A stretch of DNA of 64,000 bases from assembly GCF_009914755.1 (NCBI RefSeq), contig NC_060940.1; one strand, written 5' to 3'. The notes beneath the pieces are model-generated. The model was not told the origin of the DNA. It searched no databases and worked only from the letters and a program-made list of their open reading frames with translations. This document shows positions 18,157 through 36,268 of this stretch, piece after piece (positions within the stretch are counted from its first letter, which is position 1; every line of letters begins with the position of its first letter). This stretch comes from the human T2T-CHM13v2.0 reference genome, Homo sapiens. The position numbers and the translations under genes were made by a program.

Positions 18157-18330
18157 CTCCCCGTGCTTCCCCGCCCCTGAACCTGCTCCCTCCCAGTCGG
18201 TCTCGCCGCGCTCGCCGGGTGTCCCAGTGTCACCAACACTCGGCCGCCGCCGCCAGCTTGGCGCGCACCGCCGCCTCCGCCACCGCCGACAGCGCGCATC
18301 CTCCGTGTCCCCGCTCCGCCGCCCGAGCAG
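18157..18330 (+). other. DLGAP4: Non-coding first exon (5'UTR) of a gene with a very long first intron; tentatively DLGAP4 exon 1
   Basis: GCC-rich, ATG-free segment in the CpG island ending at a strong donor CAG|GTATGA (18330/18331); no coding exon seen in the next 45 kb. Gene name is from recollection and unverified; TSS approximate. Confidence 0.5.
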
Positions 18331-18659
18331 GTATGACGGCGAACCCTGGCTCGCACCCGGTCTCCCGCGCGCTGCCCGGAGTCCCTGCGCGCGCGCCTTC
18401 TCCTGCCCAACCCCGGCCCGCGAGCTCCTGTCCCGGCCTCAGTTTCCCACGGGAGGGCGCTTGGGTGCCTGTCTGAGGCGCCTGGGACCCGGCCTGGGGA
18501 CTGAACGGGTTGGGGGCGGAGGGGAGAGCTGGAGGCTGGGAAAAGCCCCCAGGGTGCAGAAGGCAGACGGGGCCAGGGTCCCCGGCGTGTCTGGGACCTC
18601 AGAGACGGCGGCAAAGTCCTGGCATAGAGTGGGCGGGGCAAGAAGTTGTTCAAGAGGTG

Positions 18660-18890
18660 ACAACAATGAAACTCGAGAGCGCTTTCTACGTGCTGGGCAC
18701 AGCTCAGCAGAGCGCCTTGCTCAAACGACCTAACTTCGCTCACAGGGCATCCCTGTGGGGTGGTTCTCTTGCTGTCCCCATTTTGCAGAGGTGCAAACTG
18801 AGGGTCAGAGGGTGGGGAAGCTTCCCTACGTCCCAGGAACAAGTTGCTGAGCTCAGATTTGAACCCAGGCAGTCCGACCCTGGAGCCTAC
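18660..18890 (-). mobile_element. MIR at the CpG-island edge
   Basis: CCCCATTTTGCAGAGGTGCAAACTGAGG..AGATTTGAACCCAGGCAGTC. Confidence 0.8.
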
Positions 18891-19562
18891 CTCGTGGGCT
18901 GTCAGTGGCGTCCGGGGAACGTGGGTTTCATTTGGGGTGATGTGGTGGAGGAGGCCAGATCCGAACGCCCTGCAGTTGTCTGCGCTGAGGATTCTCAAGT
19001 GCTAAGTTGATGTCTGGACAATGTCATATGACTTAGGTGTGCTGTGGAGGGAAAGGGTCTGGGATATAGTACAGGGACATTCTCACTCTAGCGTGGAGGG
19101 GGAAAATGAGGCACAGAGTTTAGGGAGGAAGCAGCAGAGACCTCCAGTCCACAAAAGGCACATCTTCCCACTCACCTCCACCAGGGAGTAGGGGCAGAAC
19201 AACCAAGACTGGCTTTGGTCCCTGGCAGCCCAGCTCTCACAAAGCCGGGTGGATGGGTCTGAAAGCTCCCAGAGACCTGAGCACCCCTGTCTCAGATCCC
19301 AGCATCCGTGAGTGACCCAACCTGCCTACCCATTGAGCTGTGTAATTCCATGCAGAACACAGGGATCCATTCTTCTTCCTCTGTAATCTTCCACCCCTGC
19401 CCTCCCAGCTCCCCAAAGGTAAACACCTTCATAATTTGGAGTGTTTCCTTCTAGACCCTTTCCCCCACCTACACAGTCATATATACAGAGCCATAGAAAA
19501 TATGTAAAATACTTAGTAATGTAGTAATGTTGTAGGTGGATATTTAATAGAAATGATGCAAC

Positions 19563-19849
<287 letters not shown>

Positions 19850-20140
19850 CTATGTCATTCTGCAACTTGAGCCCTCTCATCACCAGTTATCCATGCTGCT
19901 GCATATAAACCCAGCTTATTTATTTAAACTGCTGCATGGATTCCCGCCGTGGATAATGCCTACCGATGGGAATTTAGGTGACAAAAATTTTCAGGTTGGT
20001 TTTTATTTCAGCATCTTCTATAAATTGTTATCTCTGGGTTAAGTTCAATTTATTTTTCTTTATCCTAAACTAACTTCACAGGATCTGAATTTAGGGGATG
20101 AGGTCCTCTCTTTTCCACTGCTCACATACGGACCCATGAA

Positions 20141-20280
20141 TGCATGCACACACACACATGCACACATGTGTGTACATATGCATGTTCACACACAAGCACA
20201 CACGGGCACACATACATGAGACATACACACAAGCAAGTGTACATGCATGCATACACACACACAGGTGTGTGCACACACCT
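20141..20280. repeat. Degenerate (CA)/(TG)/ATGC purine-pyrimidine tract
   Basis: Direct reading. Confidence 0.85.
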
Positions 20281-20659
20281 CTATTCTGTCTATGACCAAG
20301 GACAAACACCACACTTTCTCTAGCTGCAGTCTCTGCAGGTCCCTAAGGCTGAGACTCAGCCAGGCCACTAGTTCTGCCTGGCCATGCCCCAATGGGCAGA
20401 GGTTCCATCGGGGCCACCTCCAGGGGTTCTCTCTAGATGCCCTCCAAAGCCAAACTCAGCCTCCAATAGCAGACAGAAGGAGCTGAGAACCACGAACCAC
20501 GGACTGGCAGATTGGACTGTCCAGGGTCCTGTTTGTGTACCACAAACTGTAGGTCCAGGCTGTGGCCTAAAGAGAGTGTGTTTGCTATAGACTGACAGGA
20601 CCCTTAAAAGTTTGGTGGAACCCATGATCTGGGTTGATGAAAAGCTAGAATCAGAGACA

Positions 20660-20815
20660 CTACATTATAATCCCAGCTTCACCCCTTCCTAGTTCAGGCA
20701 ATTCCCTTCCCCTCCCTGAGCCGTAGTTTTCACATCTGTAAAATGGGCATGATAATAATGGCACCCTCCCCAAACTGTTAGGTGGATTAGTGGGGTGATG
20801 TAAATAAAATGCTTA
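20660..20815 (+). mobile_element. MIR
   Basis: CTGAGCC..AGTTT..CACATCTGTAAAATGGG..ATAATA. Confidence 0.75.
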
Positions 20816-21263
20816 GGGACTCATCAGCATCAGTAAGCAGGAAGTCTTTTCCTGAACAGGGGAGACCTGGAGATGGCCCTTGGGTGGTGGGGGGACGCAG
20901 GGGTGATGCCTAGAGCCACTGTTTGTGACTTCATCCACACCCCAAGTACAGACCAGAGGGTCCTTTGCACTGAGCCCTGAGCCAAAGAAGAGATTTCCGC
21001 TTGTTGAGAGCCAAGCCCAGCTTACTGTGGAGTCCAGAAGTGTCATGTTACTTACAAAAGGCCTAAGGTGTGCCTGGTCCTGGGTTAAGACACAGAAATG
21101 AAGTGAGCTGAGGTGCTCCCCTTTGGAATACAAGAGATAGCAAAAGTCACAAAGAAGGCCTGTGGACTTTTAAATTTTTAGATTATTCCCAAGATTTTAA
21201 AAATCAGTTCATATAAGACTCCATATTTCTGGATCCTCTTGAGATATCAGTAAAGCTGGCAAT

Positions 21264-21414
21264 GGCCAGGCATGGTGGTTCACACCTGTAATCCCAGCAC
21301 TTTGGGAGACCAAGGAGGGTGGGTTGTTTGAGCTTAGGAGATCGAGACCAGCGAGTTGCTTGAGCTTAGGAGATCAATATCAGTCTGAGCAACATGGCAA
21401 AAACCCATCTCTAC

Positions 21415-21481
<67 letters not shown>

Positions 21482-21657
21482 CCTGGGTGTGGTGGCATGT
21501 ACCTACAGTCCCAGCTACAGGGGAAGCTGAGGTGAGAGGCTCCCCTGAGCCCAGGAGGTTGAGACTACAGTGAGCTGTGATCACACAGTTGTACTCCAGC
21601 TTGGGCAACAGAGTGAGACCCTGCCTCAAAAAAGGAAAAGAAAGAAAGAAAAGAAAA
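21264..21657 (+). mobile_element. AluJ with duplicated B-box segment and (TA)n linker
   Basis: TTGAGCTTAGGAGATC twice; TSD AAAGCTGGCAA at 21252-21262 and 21655-21665. Confidence 0.9.
21419..21480. repeat. (TA)31 perfect microsatellite
   Basis: Direct reading. Confidence 0.95.
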
Positions 21658-21828
21658 GCTGGCAACTCTGGGCCAGACACTCAGCTGCCCCCTTACATGG
21701 AGCAGGCACCCTGCAGGGCATGACAGTCCCTACCTGGCCCACCCCTCATTCATAAAGAGCAGCTAATATAAAAGGTAACACCACGGACTCCACAGCCAAT
21801 CTCTATCTCCCAGCTATGCAGTGGATTA

Positions 21829-23522
<1,694 letters not shown>

Positions 23523-23649
23523 TGACCTAACTCACATGGTAGACTAGTCTTAGATGGGGGAACCCAGGGAGTGAATGACCTAAGCCAGTGGGTCTCAAAG
23601 TGTAGTCCCCCCACCAGCAGCATAATCATCACCTGAGCTTGTTGGAAAT

Positions 23650-24110
<461 letters not shown>

Positions 24111-24121
24111 TGCAGAGTACA

Positions 24122-24412
<291 letters not shown>

Positions 24413-24484
24413 GAAATGCAGGTTCTCACACTCATCCCAGACTTCCCACATCAGAGACTCTCAGAATGAGCCTTGCAATCTGTA

Positions 24485-24783
24485 ATTTATTTTATTTTAT
24501 TTCATCTTATCTTATCTTATTTGTTTATTTATTTTGAGACAGAGTCTGACTGTCACCCAGACTGGAGTGCAGTGGCACGAACTTGGCTCACTGCAACCTC
24601 CACCTCGGGTTCAAGCGATTCTCCTGCCTCAGCTTCCCAAGTAGCTGGGATTACAGGTGCCTGCCCCCACACCCACCTAATTCTTGTATTTTTTGTAGAG
24701 ATGGGGTTTCACCACGTTGGCCAGGTGGCTGCGTCGGCCTCCCAAAGTGCTGGGATTACAGGTGTAAATCACCATGCCTGGCC
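24485..24783 (-). mobile_element. AluS with left-arm deletion
   Basis: GGCCAGGTGGCTGCGTCGGCC skips the B-box region. Confidence 0.9.
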
Positions 24784-25219
24784 ACGATCTGTATTTTAAT
24801 AAGCTCTCTTAGTGATTCTGAGGGACAGTCAAGTGTGAGAATCACTGGCTTAGTGTAAAACTTCAAATGAGATCTCCTCCAGCCGTCTGTGTCTGACTTG
24901 CACTAGAAGGGAGGGTGGATGGTGCAGAGTTCTGTCCTCAGCAAAGACATAATCTGGAGGGTATATCATAAGATAAAGGCATGTCCCTCTCGGTCCTGGA
25001 GCTTGGAAGAAACCAATTTTTTTTCAGATAGAAAAGTTGCTAAGGGAGCTGGTGGAGTTCCTAGAACTATTATTCTTCCAAATTTGCTCACCATCCTATA
25101 CTTACAGCTTCCAGTCTGCCCCCACCTGAGGGCCTGGGGCAAACTCGACTTTTAGAGGAGTTGCTTTCTAGTGAAGACTGCCCCTGACAGCTGAAGACCT
25201 GCTCCCACCCCACTATAAC

Positions 25220-25291
25220 TGTATTAGTTAGGGTTCTCTAGAGGGACAGAACTCATAGGATGGATGGATAGATGATAGATAGATAAATGAT

Positions 25292-25329
<38 letters not shown>

Positions 25330-25733
25330 CAGATAGATAGCTAAAGAGGAGTTTATTAAATATTAACTCACATGATCACAAGGTCCCACAATAGGCTGTT
25401 TGCAAGCTGAGGAGCAAGGAAGCCAGTCCGAGCCCCAAAACAGAAGAACTTGGAGTCCGATGTTTGAAAGCGGGAAGGGTCCAGCATGGGAGAAAGATGT
25501 AGCCTAGGAGGCTAGGCCAGTCTAGGCTTTTCACATTTTTCTACCTGCTTTATATACTAGCTGCATTGGCAGCTGATTAGCTGGTGCCCACTCAGATTAA
25601 GAGTGGGTCTGCCTTTCCCAGCCCACTGACTCAAGTGTTAATCTCCTTTGGCAACACCCTCACAGACACACCCGGGATCGATACTTTGCATCCTTCAATC
25701 CAATCAAGTTGACACTCAGTATTAAGCATCACA
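25220..25733 (-). mobile_element. MLT2A1/MLT2A2 (ERVL) solo LTR
   Basis: Minus strand starts TGTGATGCTTAATACTGAGTGTCAACTTGATTGGATTGAAGGATGCAAAG and ends TCTAGAGAACCCTAACTAATACA. Confidence 0.9.
25258..25340. repeat. (GATA)n microsatellite within MLT2A
   Basis: Direct reading. Confidence 0.9.
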
Positions 25734-25982
25734 GCCACCTTATAAAGAGCCTGTTCCTAGAAGCTCCTCTGTGCCTGTGGGCCTTCTCTCTTGGCCCCCG
25801 TGAGAGCATGTGTCAAGGCACAAGTCCTAGGCAGTGGGGAATGATCTCAGCTCTACAAGAGGACTATTAAGGAGGCCCCAGGTCAAGCTCAGGTTGGGGA
25901 CAGTCATATCCTGCAGATAACTTCAAATCAAGAAGCACGCCCCTCCACACATCCTCTTTGAAGCACTGATTAAGAGTCAGAA

Positions 25983-26123
25983 GGACAAGGCACCGTGGCT
26001 CACACATGTAATTCCAGCACTCAGGAAGGCTGAGGCGAGAGGATTGCTTGAGGCCAGGAGCTTGAGACCAGCCTGGGCAGCATAGTGAGACCCTGTCTCT
26101 ATTTTAAAAATAAAAATAATAAA
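25983..26123 (+). mobile_element. FLAM
   Basis: Single Alu arm. Confidence 0.85.
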
Positions 26124-26129
26124 AGGCCT

Positions 26130-27085
<956 letters not shown>

Positions 27086-28016
27086 ACAAGCAATTGGAAC
27101 TGGGAGCCACTGGTGGCCCCTTGGCAAATGTGGCCCTTTCCTTTCAGACCTTCAGGACCAATGTAGGCCACCTCGTTCCCCTCCACATGCTAGGGAGCTC
27201 ATTCCTTAGCCAAGATCTGGAAGGAGGACTAAGATCTGGAAAGTCTTCTGTAGCCTCTCTCAAGAGTTACTCCTGATTGGACTCATTTGAGGACCTTAAG
27301 CAGGGGCTGGGTTGCACCCTCCCAAAACTAGCTTTGTCTCACCCACCGGCTGATTCTTGAAATTCCTAGGTGGGTGTCTCACCTACGTCTATGTGTGGAG
27401 GTTGTTGATTCTCTAACTGAGCTCAAGATTTGAATCCTGATTGGAAAACACTACCACCATCCCACCTTACCCCTACCCCAGGAGGGATTACCTTTGTCTT
27501 TCTCAAGGACTAAGTTTGCACCCCAGCAAGAAGGAGTTGGAGAGAGGCTTTGGCAGGTTGGGTTAGGGAGCGAGACCATGAAGAGGCTTGGGGTCTGAGG
27601 CTGTGGACTTCAAGGCAGCTTTCAAGGATTGTTTTAGAGATTGGTGGGGAGGGGAAATGTGAAAAGTTTAGAAACATGTCTGATACATGCCTGGCTCATT
27701 AATGGGGCCAGGAGGGGAGTGTTGGAGAGGAAAGGAGATAGGGAAGAGGGGGAGATTTAGGAAGACAGAGAAAGCCCCAAGAGATGGCCATGGGCCTGTA
27801 CAGGGCAGAGACCCCTGCCTCCAGCACCCAACACCCACCCTCCCTCCCTGGTTGCATTTGGGGGTGCGGTGGGGGAGCAGAGGCTGATGTAGGGAGGGGG
27901 AGGCCTTCATTACCCCACTACATTGGAGGCAGAGCTTTGCCTGCCCTAGGAGAAGGGACCAGGGGAGTTCTGGTTTACCCCAGGCTGTCTGGGGAGCCGA
28001 TTCCTGTCCTTAAAAC

Positions 28017-28336
<320 letters not shown>

Positions 28337-28934
28337 TGAGGGGACCGTGAGGCATTAGCAAGCCAAGTGCACAGCATGCTGACCCCCAGGCACTGGACCC
28401 ACCCTGGCTATTGCTCTGATAACCTCCAAATGGCTGCTATGCTGGTCCTGCCCTGCTTGGAGAAGGGATGAGGGTAGGGCCATGATGGGAGAACTCTGGG
28501 CTGAGAAGCCAGAAACAGCTTTATCTGCAGAATTCAGGGAAAATTGAAATCTCAGAATCAGGGCCTTGGGTGAGTGGAGAGAGGGCAAATGTCTGAGTGG
28601 ATGACAATCTGGTTGGTTACAAGTCGCCGGCTGTTGGAAGAGGAGCCTAGCTGGGCCTCACCTCCCCCGATCCCTTGGCACCAGATGATAGAGAGTGGCG
28701 CCATCCTGGCCACAGGATGGTGAGCCCACTGGGCAGATTCCCCTCCCCAACCCTCACAGAAAGCAGAACCTGGTGAAGAGCTGTGGTGGAGGGGAAGGAG
28801 GCTGCACATTTTCCTACATTTGGGTGGGAAGGCAGAAGATACTTTCTTTCCCAATACAAAGCAGTTCTCTTTGCAATTCATTCATTCATTCAAAAAGTAT
28901 TTAGGGAGTGTTTCCTGAGTGCTATAACACTAGT

Positions 28935-29110
28935 TCACAGGAACTGAAACACTTAGAGGAAAGGTTTTATGTGTTTTGTTTACTGCTATTGTCCAAATTC
29001 CCAGTAGATGCTCAGTGAACGTTTATTGAATGAATAAATGAATGAATGATGGATGGATGGATGGATGCATATCAGCATTGGGCTAGACACTGAAAATACA
29101 GTGGTGACCC
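28935..29110. mobile_element. L2 3' end with (TGAA)n/(GGAT)n tail
   Basis: AGTAGATGCTCAGTGAACGTTTATTGAATGAATAAATGAATG. Confidence 0.7.
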
Positions 29111-29483
29111 AGCCACATCTCTCATCCTCCAGTAAATTCCATGGACCCCCATTCTCTGGTCCCCTCCCCATCTTCACCCCTAATCTTGAACTACCAGTAG
29201 GGCCCCACAAATGGTGGCTGGGCCTGAAATGGGCAGGGCTGTATTCTTGTTGGATCTTATGATCCAGCTGGCTAAAAACCCTATCCTGAAGACCCCTCTA
29301 CAAAGGATCTCATTCACTTGAGGAGGTGTGGTCACCTTGTCTGGGAACCCCGTTGTTTTGTTTGCCTTACGTACAAGGACTGAACTGGACTCAGTTTCTT
29401 TTTCAACACATGCTATCGTTTGCCAAATCAACTCTGATAGGGCCCAAATGGCTCTCTCCCCTACAGTATAATAATAAAAATAA

Positions 29484-29797
<314 letters not shown>

Positions 29798-29799
29798 AG

Positions 29800-30440
<641 letters not shown>

Positions 30441-30943
30441 ACTCTGTTCACCCCAGCTTGCCTCTCCTCAGCTTCTTGGTGTCGTCTGAGAGGTGAGTGT
30501 GGAGGAGGAGGGGAATTTTTTTCTCTGTGACATGGCTCTCGAAGCCTTTGGTTCACCCACAGCCAAGTGTAAGGTTTCGGCTTTTCACAATGCCAGGAAC
30601 CACCCTGGGTCACTGTGAGGGTGAAGATTGTAATCTCCCCCAACAAAGAGGGTACTCAGCCCCTTGCCTTCAGGGCGCCACATTCCCAGCCTTCAATTTT
30701 CCCTGGAGGCCTGGCTTCCTACTGCCAGATGGCCTTTGTAGGGGCTGAGGGGACCATGGACCCTGGGCCTCCCTCCCAAGGTTTTGGATCCAAGGCCATC
30801 TACTATGCCAGCCCAACTCTGGCACAAGGTGGGGAACGCGTGGCCCAGACCAGGGCCTGGAAAAACAAAGCTGGATTTCAGAGGTTGGCAGGAAATGGAG
30901 ACAGAGCAGGAAACAGAAGGGGCTAAGAGAAAAACATGCCACC

Positions 30944-31309
<366 letters not shown>

Positions 31310-31410
31310 TTAATAAACTGCGATGCCATGAAACCCATTCTGGAGGCCAAGGGCACAGGGAGCCCAGCTGACCCAGCATGTATAAGCACTTACTATAGAA
31401 CAGGCATGGG

Positions 31411-31742
<332 letters not shown>

Positions 31743-31784
31743 TTAATCTGCACATAATAACCCTATCAAGTAGGTACATCCTTA

Positions 31785-32846
31785 CCATCACCATCATCAT
31801 CACCATTACCATCCTCATAGTCACCATCACCACCATTCCCCTCATCACCTCTCACCATCACCATCCTCACCATCATCGCCATCATCATCATCACCACCAT
31901 CATCCCCATCATCACCATCACCATCGCCACCATCACCATCACCATCCTCACCATCACCACCATCAGGATCACCATCACCACCATCATCACAACCATTATC
32001 ACCATCACCACCATCACTATCCTCACCACCATCACCATCATCACCATCACCACCATCATCATCATCACCACCATCATCCCCATCATCACCATCACCATCC
32101 TCACCATCACCACCATCAGGATCACCATCACCACCATCATCACAACCATTATCACCATCTTCACCATCACCACCATCACCATCCTCACCACCATCACCAT
32201 CATCACCATCATGATCACCATCACCACCATCGCCGTCACCATCTCCTCCATCATCACCATCACCATCCTCACCATCATCACCATCATCATCATCACCACC
32301 ATCACCATCACCATCTCCTTCATCATCACCATCATCATCATCACCATCACCACCATCACCCTGACCATCACCTCCATCATCACCATCACCATCCTCACCA
32401 TCACCACCATCAGGATCACCATCACCACCATCATCACAACCATTATCACCATCCTCACCATCACCACCATCACCATCTTCACCACCATCACCATCATCAC
32501 CATCATGATCACCATCACCCTCACCATCTCCTCTGTCATCACCATCACCATCCTCACCATCATCACCATCACCATCATCATCAACACCATCACCATCACC
32601 ACCATCACCCTCACCATCTCCTCTGTCATCACTGTCACCATCCTCACCATCATCACCATCACCATCATCAACACCATCACTATCACCACCATCACCCTCA
32701 CCATCTCCTCCATCATCACCATCATCATCCTCAGCACCATCACCATTATCATCACCATCATCAGCATCATGACCACCATCACCCTCACCATCACCTCCAT
32801 TATCACCATCACCATCACCATTCTCACCATCATCACCATCACCACC
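31785..32846. repeat. ~1.06 kb degenerate (CAC/CAT)n trinucleotide VNTR with higher-order units
   Basis: Direct reading; recurring CATCAGGATCACC..CACAACCATTATC units. Confidence 0.95.
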
Positions 32847-32949
32847 AGAGCAACATTATGGTCACCCACATGGTTTCCCAGACCCAAGAAGCAGCCCACA
32901 GATGGGGTAACAGACCCAAAGGACATGATGACACGTCATCTCCTAGAAA

Positions 32950-33165
32950 GATGGCTAAGAATTTGGGCTCTAAAGCCTGAAAGACCTAAATTTGATTCCT
33001 AGCTCTGCCACTTTTGAGCTGTGTGACTTCAGGCAATTGACCTAACATCTCTGAAACTCAGCGGCCTTGTCTGTAAAATGGTGATGATCACAGTTCCTCC
33101 TCACAGGGCTGTGGTAAGAGGCACATGAGCTAATGCCTGTGAGGCCCTGGCACAGGGCCTGGCTG
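32950..33165 (+). mobile_element. MIR
   Basis: CCTAGCTCTGCCACT..AGCTGTGTGACTT..CTGTAAAATGG. Confidence 0.8.
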
Positions 33166-34054
33166 AAATCATAAAAGGGAAAAACAAACACTCTGCAAAG
33201 GCGGCAGCAGTTAAGGGAATCACTCAGGGTGTCTGGTTGGTAGTTCCCAGCAGCTCAATCTCTGGATTGCAAGAAGTAGGTGTTGCCCAGCGTGAGAACG
33301 GGCACTGGAGAGCAGTGTGGGGACATGACTGGAGAGACCACTCAAGGGCCTTTTTTTCTTCTCAAGGAGCCAGGGTATGGAGGGATGGGAGGGGAGCTTT
33401 TGTGTGGAACAGGGTCGAGAGTTCAGAGCTGATGCTGCCGCCAATCCGGTCTGAGAGAGAGCAGGGAGCAGGATCCTTTTCCAGGCTGCACGGAGGAGCT
33501 CTCAGGGAAAACTCCTTCCTGCTCCTGTCCCAAAGGGTTCCCCAGAGCGGCTGGCACACACCTCCACCATGCATGATGGCATTTCCTTGTGGGCTCATCT
33601 CCCTTTTTGATGATTTGCTTCTAAATAGCAGTAAAGGTGAGCACCGAAGGGCAATGCTGTGCCAGGGAATCCTGAGTGTCTTGCCTCCAGCCTCTAGGGC
33701 TGCCACAAATGCCTGTGGGGTATGTGTGCTGCCAACTCCAGGGATGTCATTGTCAATCACACAGACTACACACATGATGAAGGATGCTTCTTGGAGTTGT
33801 ATAGGGCACAGTCTGCACAACCACACAGGGCTGCCCTGCCAGCCTCCTTCTTCCTGCAGAAGGTACAGAACTGTTTTGAGTGCCTCAGCTCCAGCTGCAG
33901 CTCAAGGCAGAGAAAGGTTGAGTGTAAATGCCAATCAAGAGGCAAACGGCCCAGGTTTGCTGCCCAAGGCTTGTTCTGGAGAAGATTGTGTCTGGGCATT
34001 GTGGTGACTGGTGATGGTGGTGGATTATTGATTGTCCTTAATATAGATTATCAG

Positions 34055-34650
<596 letters not shown>

Positions 34651-34807
34651 AACGAAATTGCCAGCCAGAAAGGTGGGGCGCAGAGTCACCCATAGGAAGG
34701 CAGCTCCCTGAAATCCTGCCAGCATCATGGAGGATTTGGGGCCCAACCTGAAGTCTTTGGCCTAGGGCCAGATCAAGCTGGTACTTGATTGGGCCTTGTC
34801 AACATAA

Positions 34808-35234
<427 letters not shown>

Positions 35235-35276
35235 CAATCTGGGCTTCCTTGCCCTCAATTAATTCCTCCAGCCTGG

Positions 35277-35594
35277 CAGTCTGCATACTATGGCCCAAAG
35301 GCCGGTGTTTGATCCACCAGCTGTTTTTTGTGCAGCTTGTGAGTTAAGAATGGTTTACATGGTTGAAAAAAAAAAATCACATTTCATGACACATGGAAAT
35401 CAAATGAAATTCAAAATTCAGTGTTCATAAGTGAAGTGTGGTTGAAACATAGCCCGCCCAGTCATTTACATGTTATCTACGGCTGCTTTTGCACTATGAT
35501 GGCAGCATTGAGTGGCCACAACATAGACTGTATGGCACGGAAAGCCTAAAATACTGCTGCCTGGCCCTTTCCCGAAAAAGTTTGCTGACTCTTG
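35277..35594. mobile_element. MER58B-like hAT element
   Basis: ACTATGGCCC..GGCC; TATCTACGGCTGCTTTTGCACTA; AAAGCCTAAAATA..CTGGCCCTTT..AAAAAGTTTGCTGAC. Confidence 0.8.
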
Positions 35595-35599
35595 CTCTA

Positions 35600-36268
35600 G
35601 CTTTGTGGCTCCCAAACTCTGCTGCACATATTATCAAATTATCTAGGAAATGTTTTATTTTTTGTTTTTTTTTTGACACAGGGTCTTGCTCTGTCGCCCA
35701 GGCTGGAGTGCAGTGGCGCAATCTTGGCTCACTGCAACCTCCGCTTCCTGGGTTCAGACAATTCTCCTGCCTCAGCCTTCTGAGTAGCTGAGATAACAGG
35801 TGCACGCCACCACGTCCGACTAATTTTTGTATTTTTTTGTAGTGACGGGTGTCTCAAATTCCTGGGCTCAAGTGATCCTCTCACCTCGGCCTCCCAAAGT
35901 GCTCAGATTACAGGCGTGAGCCACCTTGCCCGGCCACGTCTCAAATGTTAACATGCGCATGAGTCACTAGGGGTCTTGTTAAAATGCAGATTCTGATTCA
36001 GTAGGTCAAGTGGGACCCAGCTTTTGCGTCTCTAACAAGCTGATGATGCCAGTGCTGCTGGTTCTGATGCCCTACTTGGAAGAGTAAGGTGGCGGGCTGG
36101 TGGTTCTCAAACTTTAGCATGGCCAGAGCCTCCTGGAAGGCTGTTAAAACCCAGATTGCTAGTTAAAACCCAGAGGCCTCGGGGGAAGACTGAGGATTTC
36201 CCTTTCTAACAAGCTCTCGGGTGATGCTGTTTCAGCCAATCTGGGGACCAGACTTGGAGAACCACTGC
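35600..36268. mobile_element. MER5-family pieces with an Alu (35655-35935, -)
   Basis: CTTGTTAAAATGCAGATTCTGATTCAGTAGGT; GGTGGTTCTCAAACTT..GAGAACCACTG. Confidence 0.8.
35655..35935 (-). mobile_element. Alu
   Basis: Antisense Alu with small left-arm deletion. Confidence 0.9.

Larger units (their letters stand above)
17800..18970 (+). promoter_or_regulatory. CpG island promoter
   Basis: Dense CpG and high GC; GC boxes GGGGGCG (~18025) and CCCCGCCC (18169-18176); no TATA seen. Confidence 0.9.

Noticed and set aside
18069-19010. 309-aa (-), 168-aa and 166-aa (+) ORFs over the CpG island
   Set aside because: GC-rich, stop-poor sequence, partly MIR; no recognisable domain, and two of them cross the splice donor
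28694-28714. GTGGCGCCATCCTGGCCAC as a CTCF site
   Set aside because: Spacing is one base off the CTCF core
31766-33002. 386-aa Met/Val and 263-aa Ile/Thr ORFs as real proteins
   Set aside because: Consequence of a trinucleotide repeat; kept only as a repeat finding
33237-34007. 256-aa ORF in unique sequence
   Set aside because: Non-ATG start, no recognisable domain, runs through a candidate splice donor
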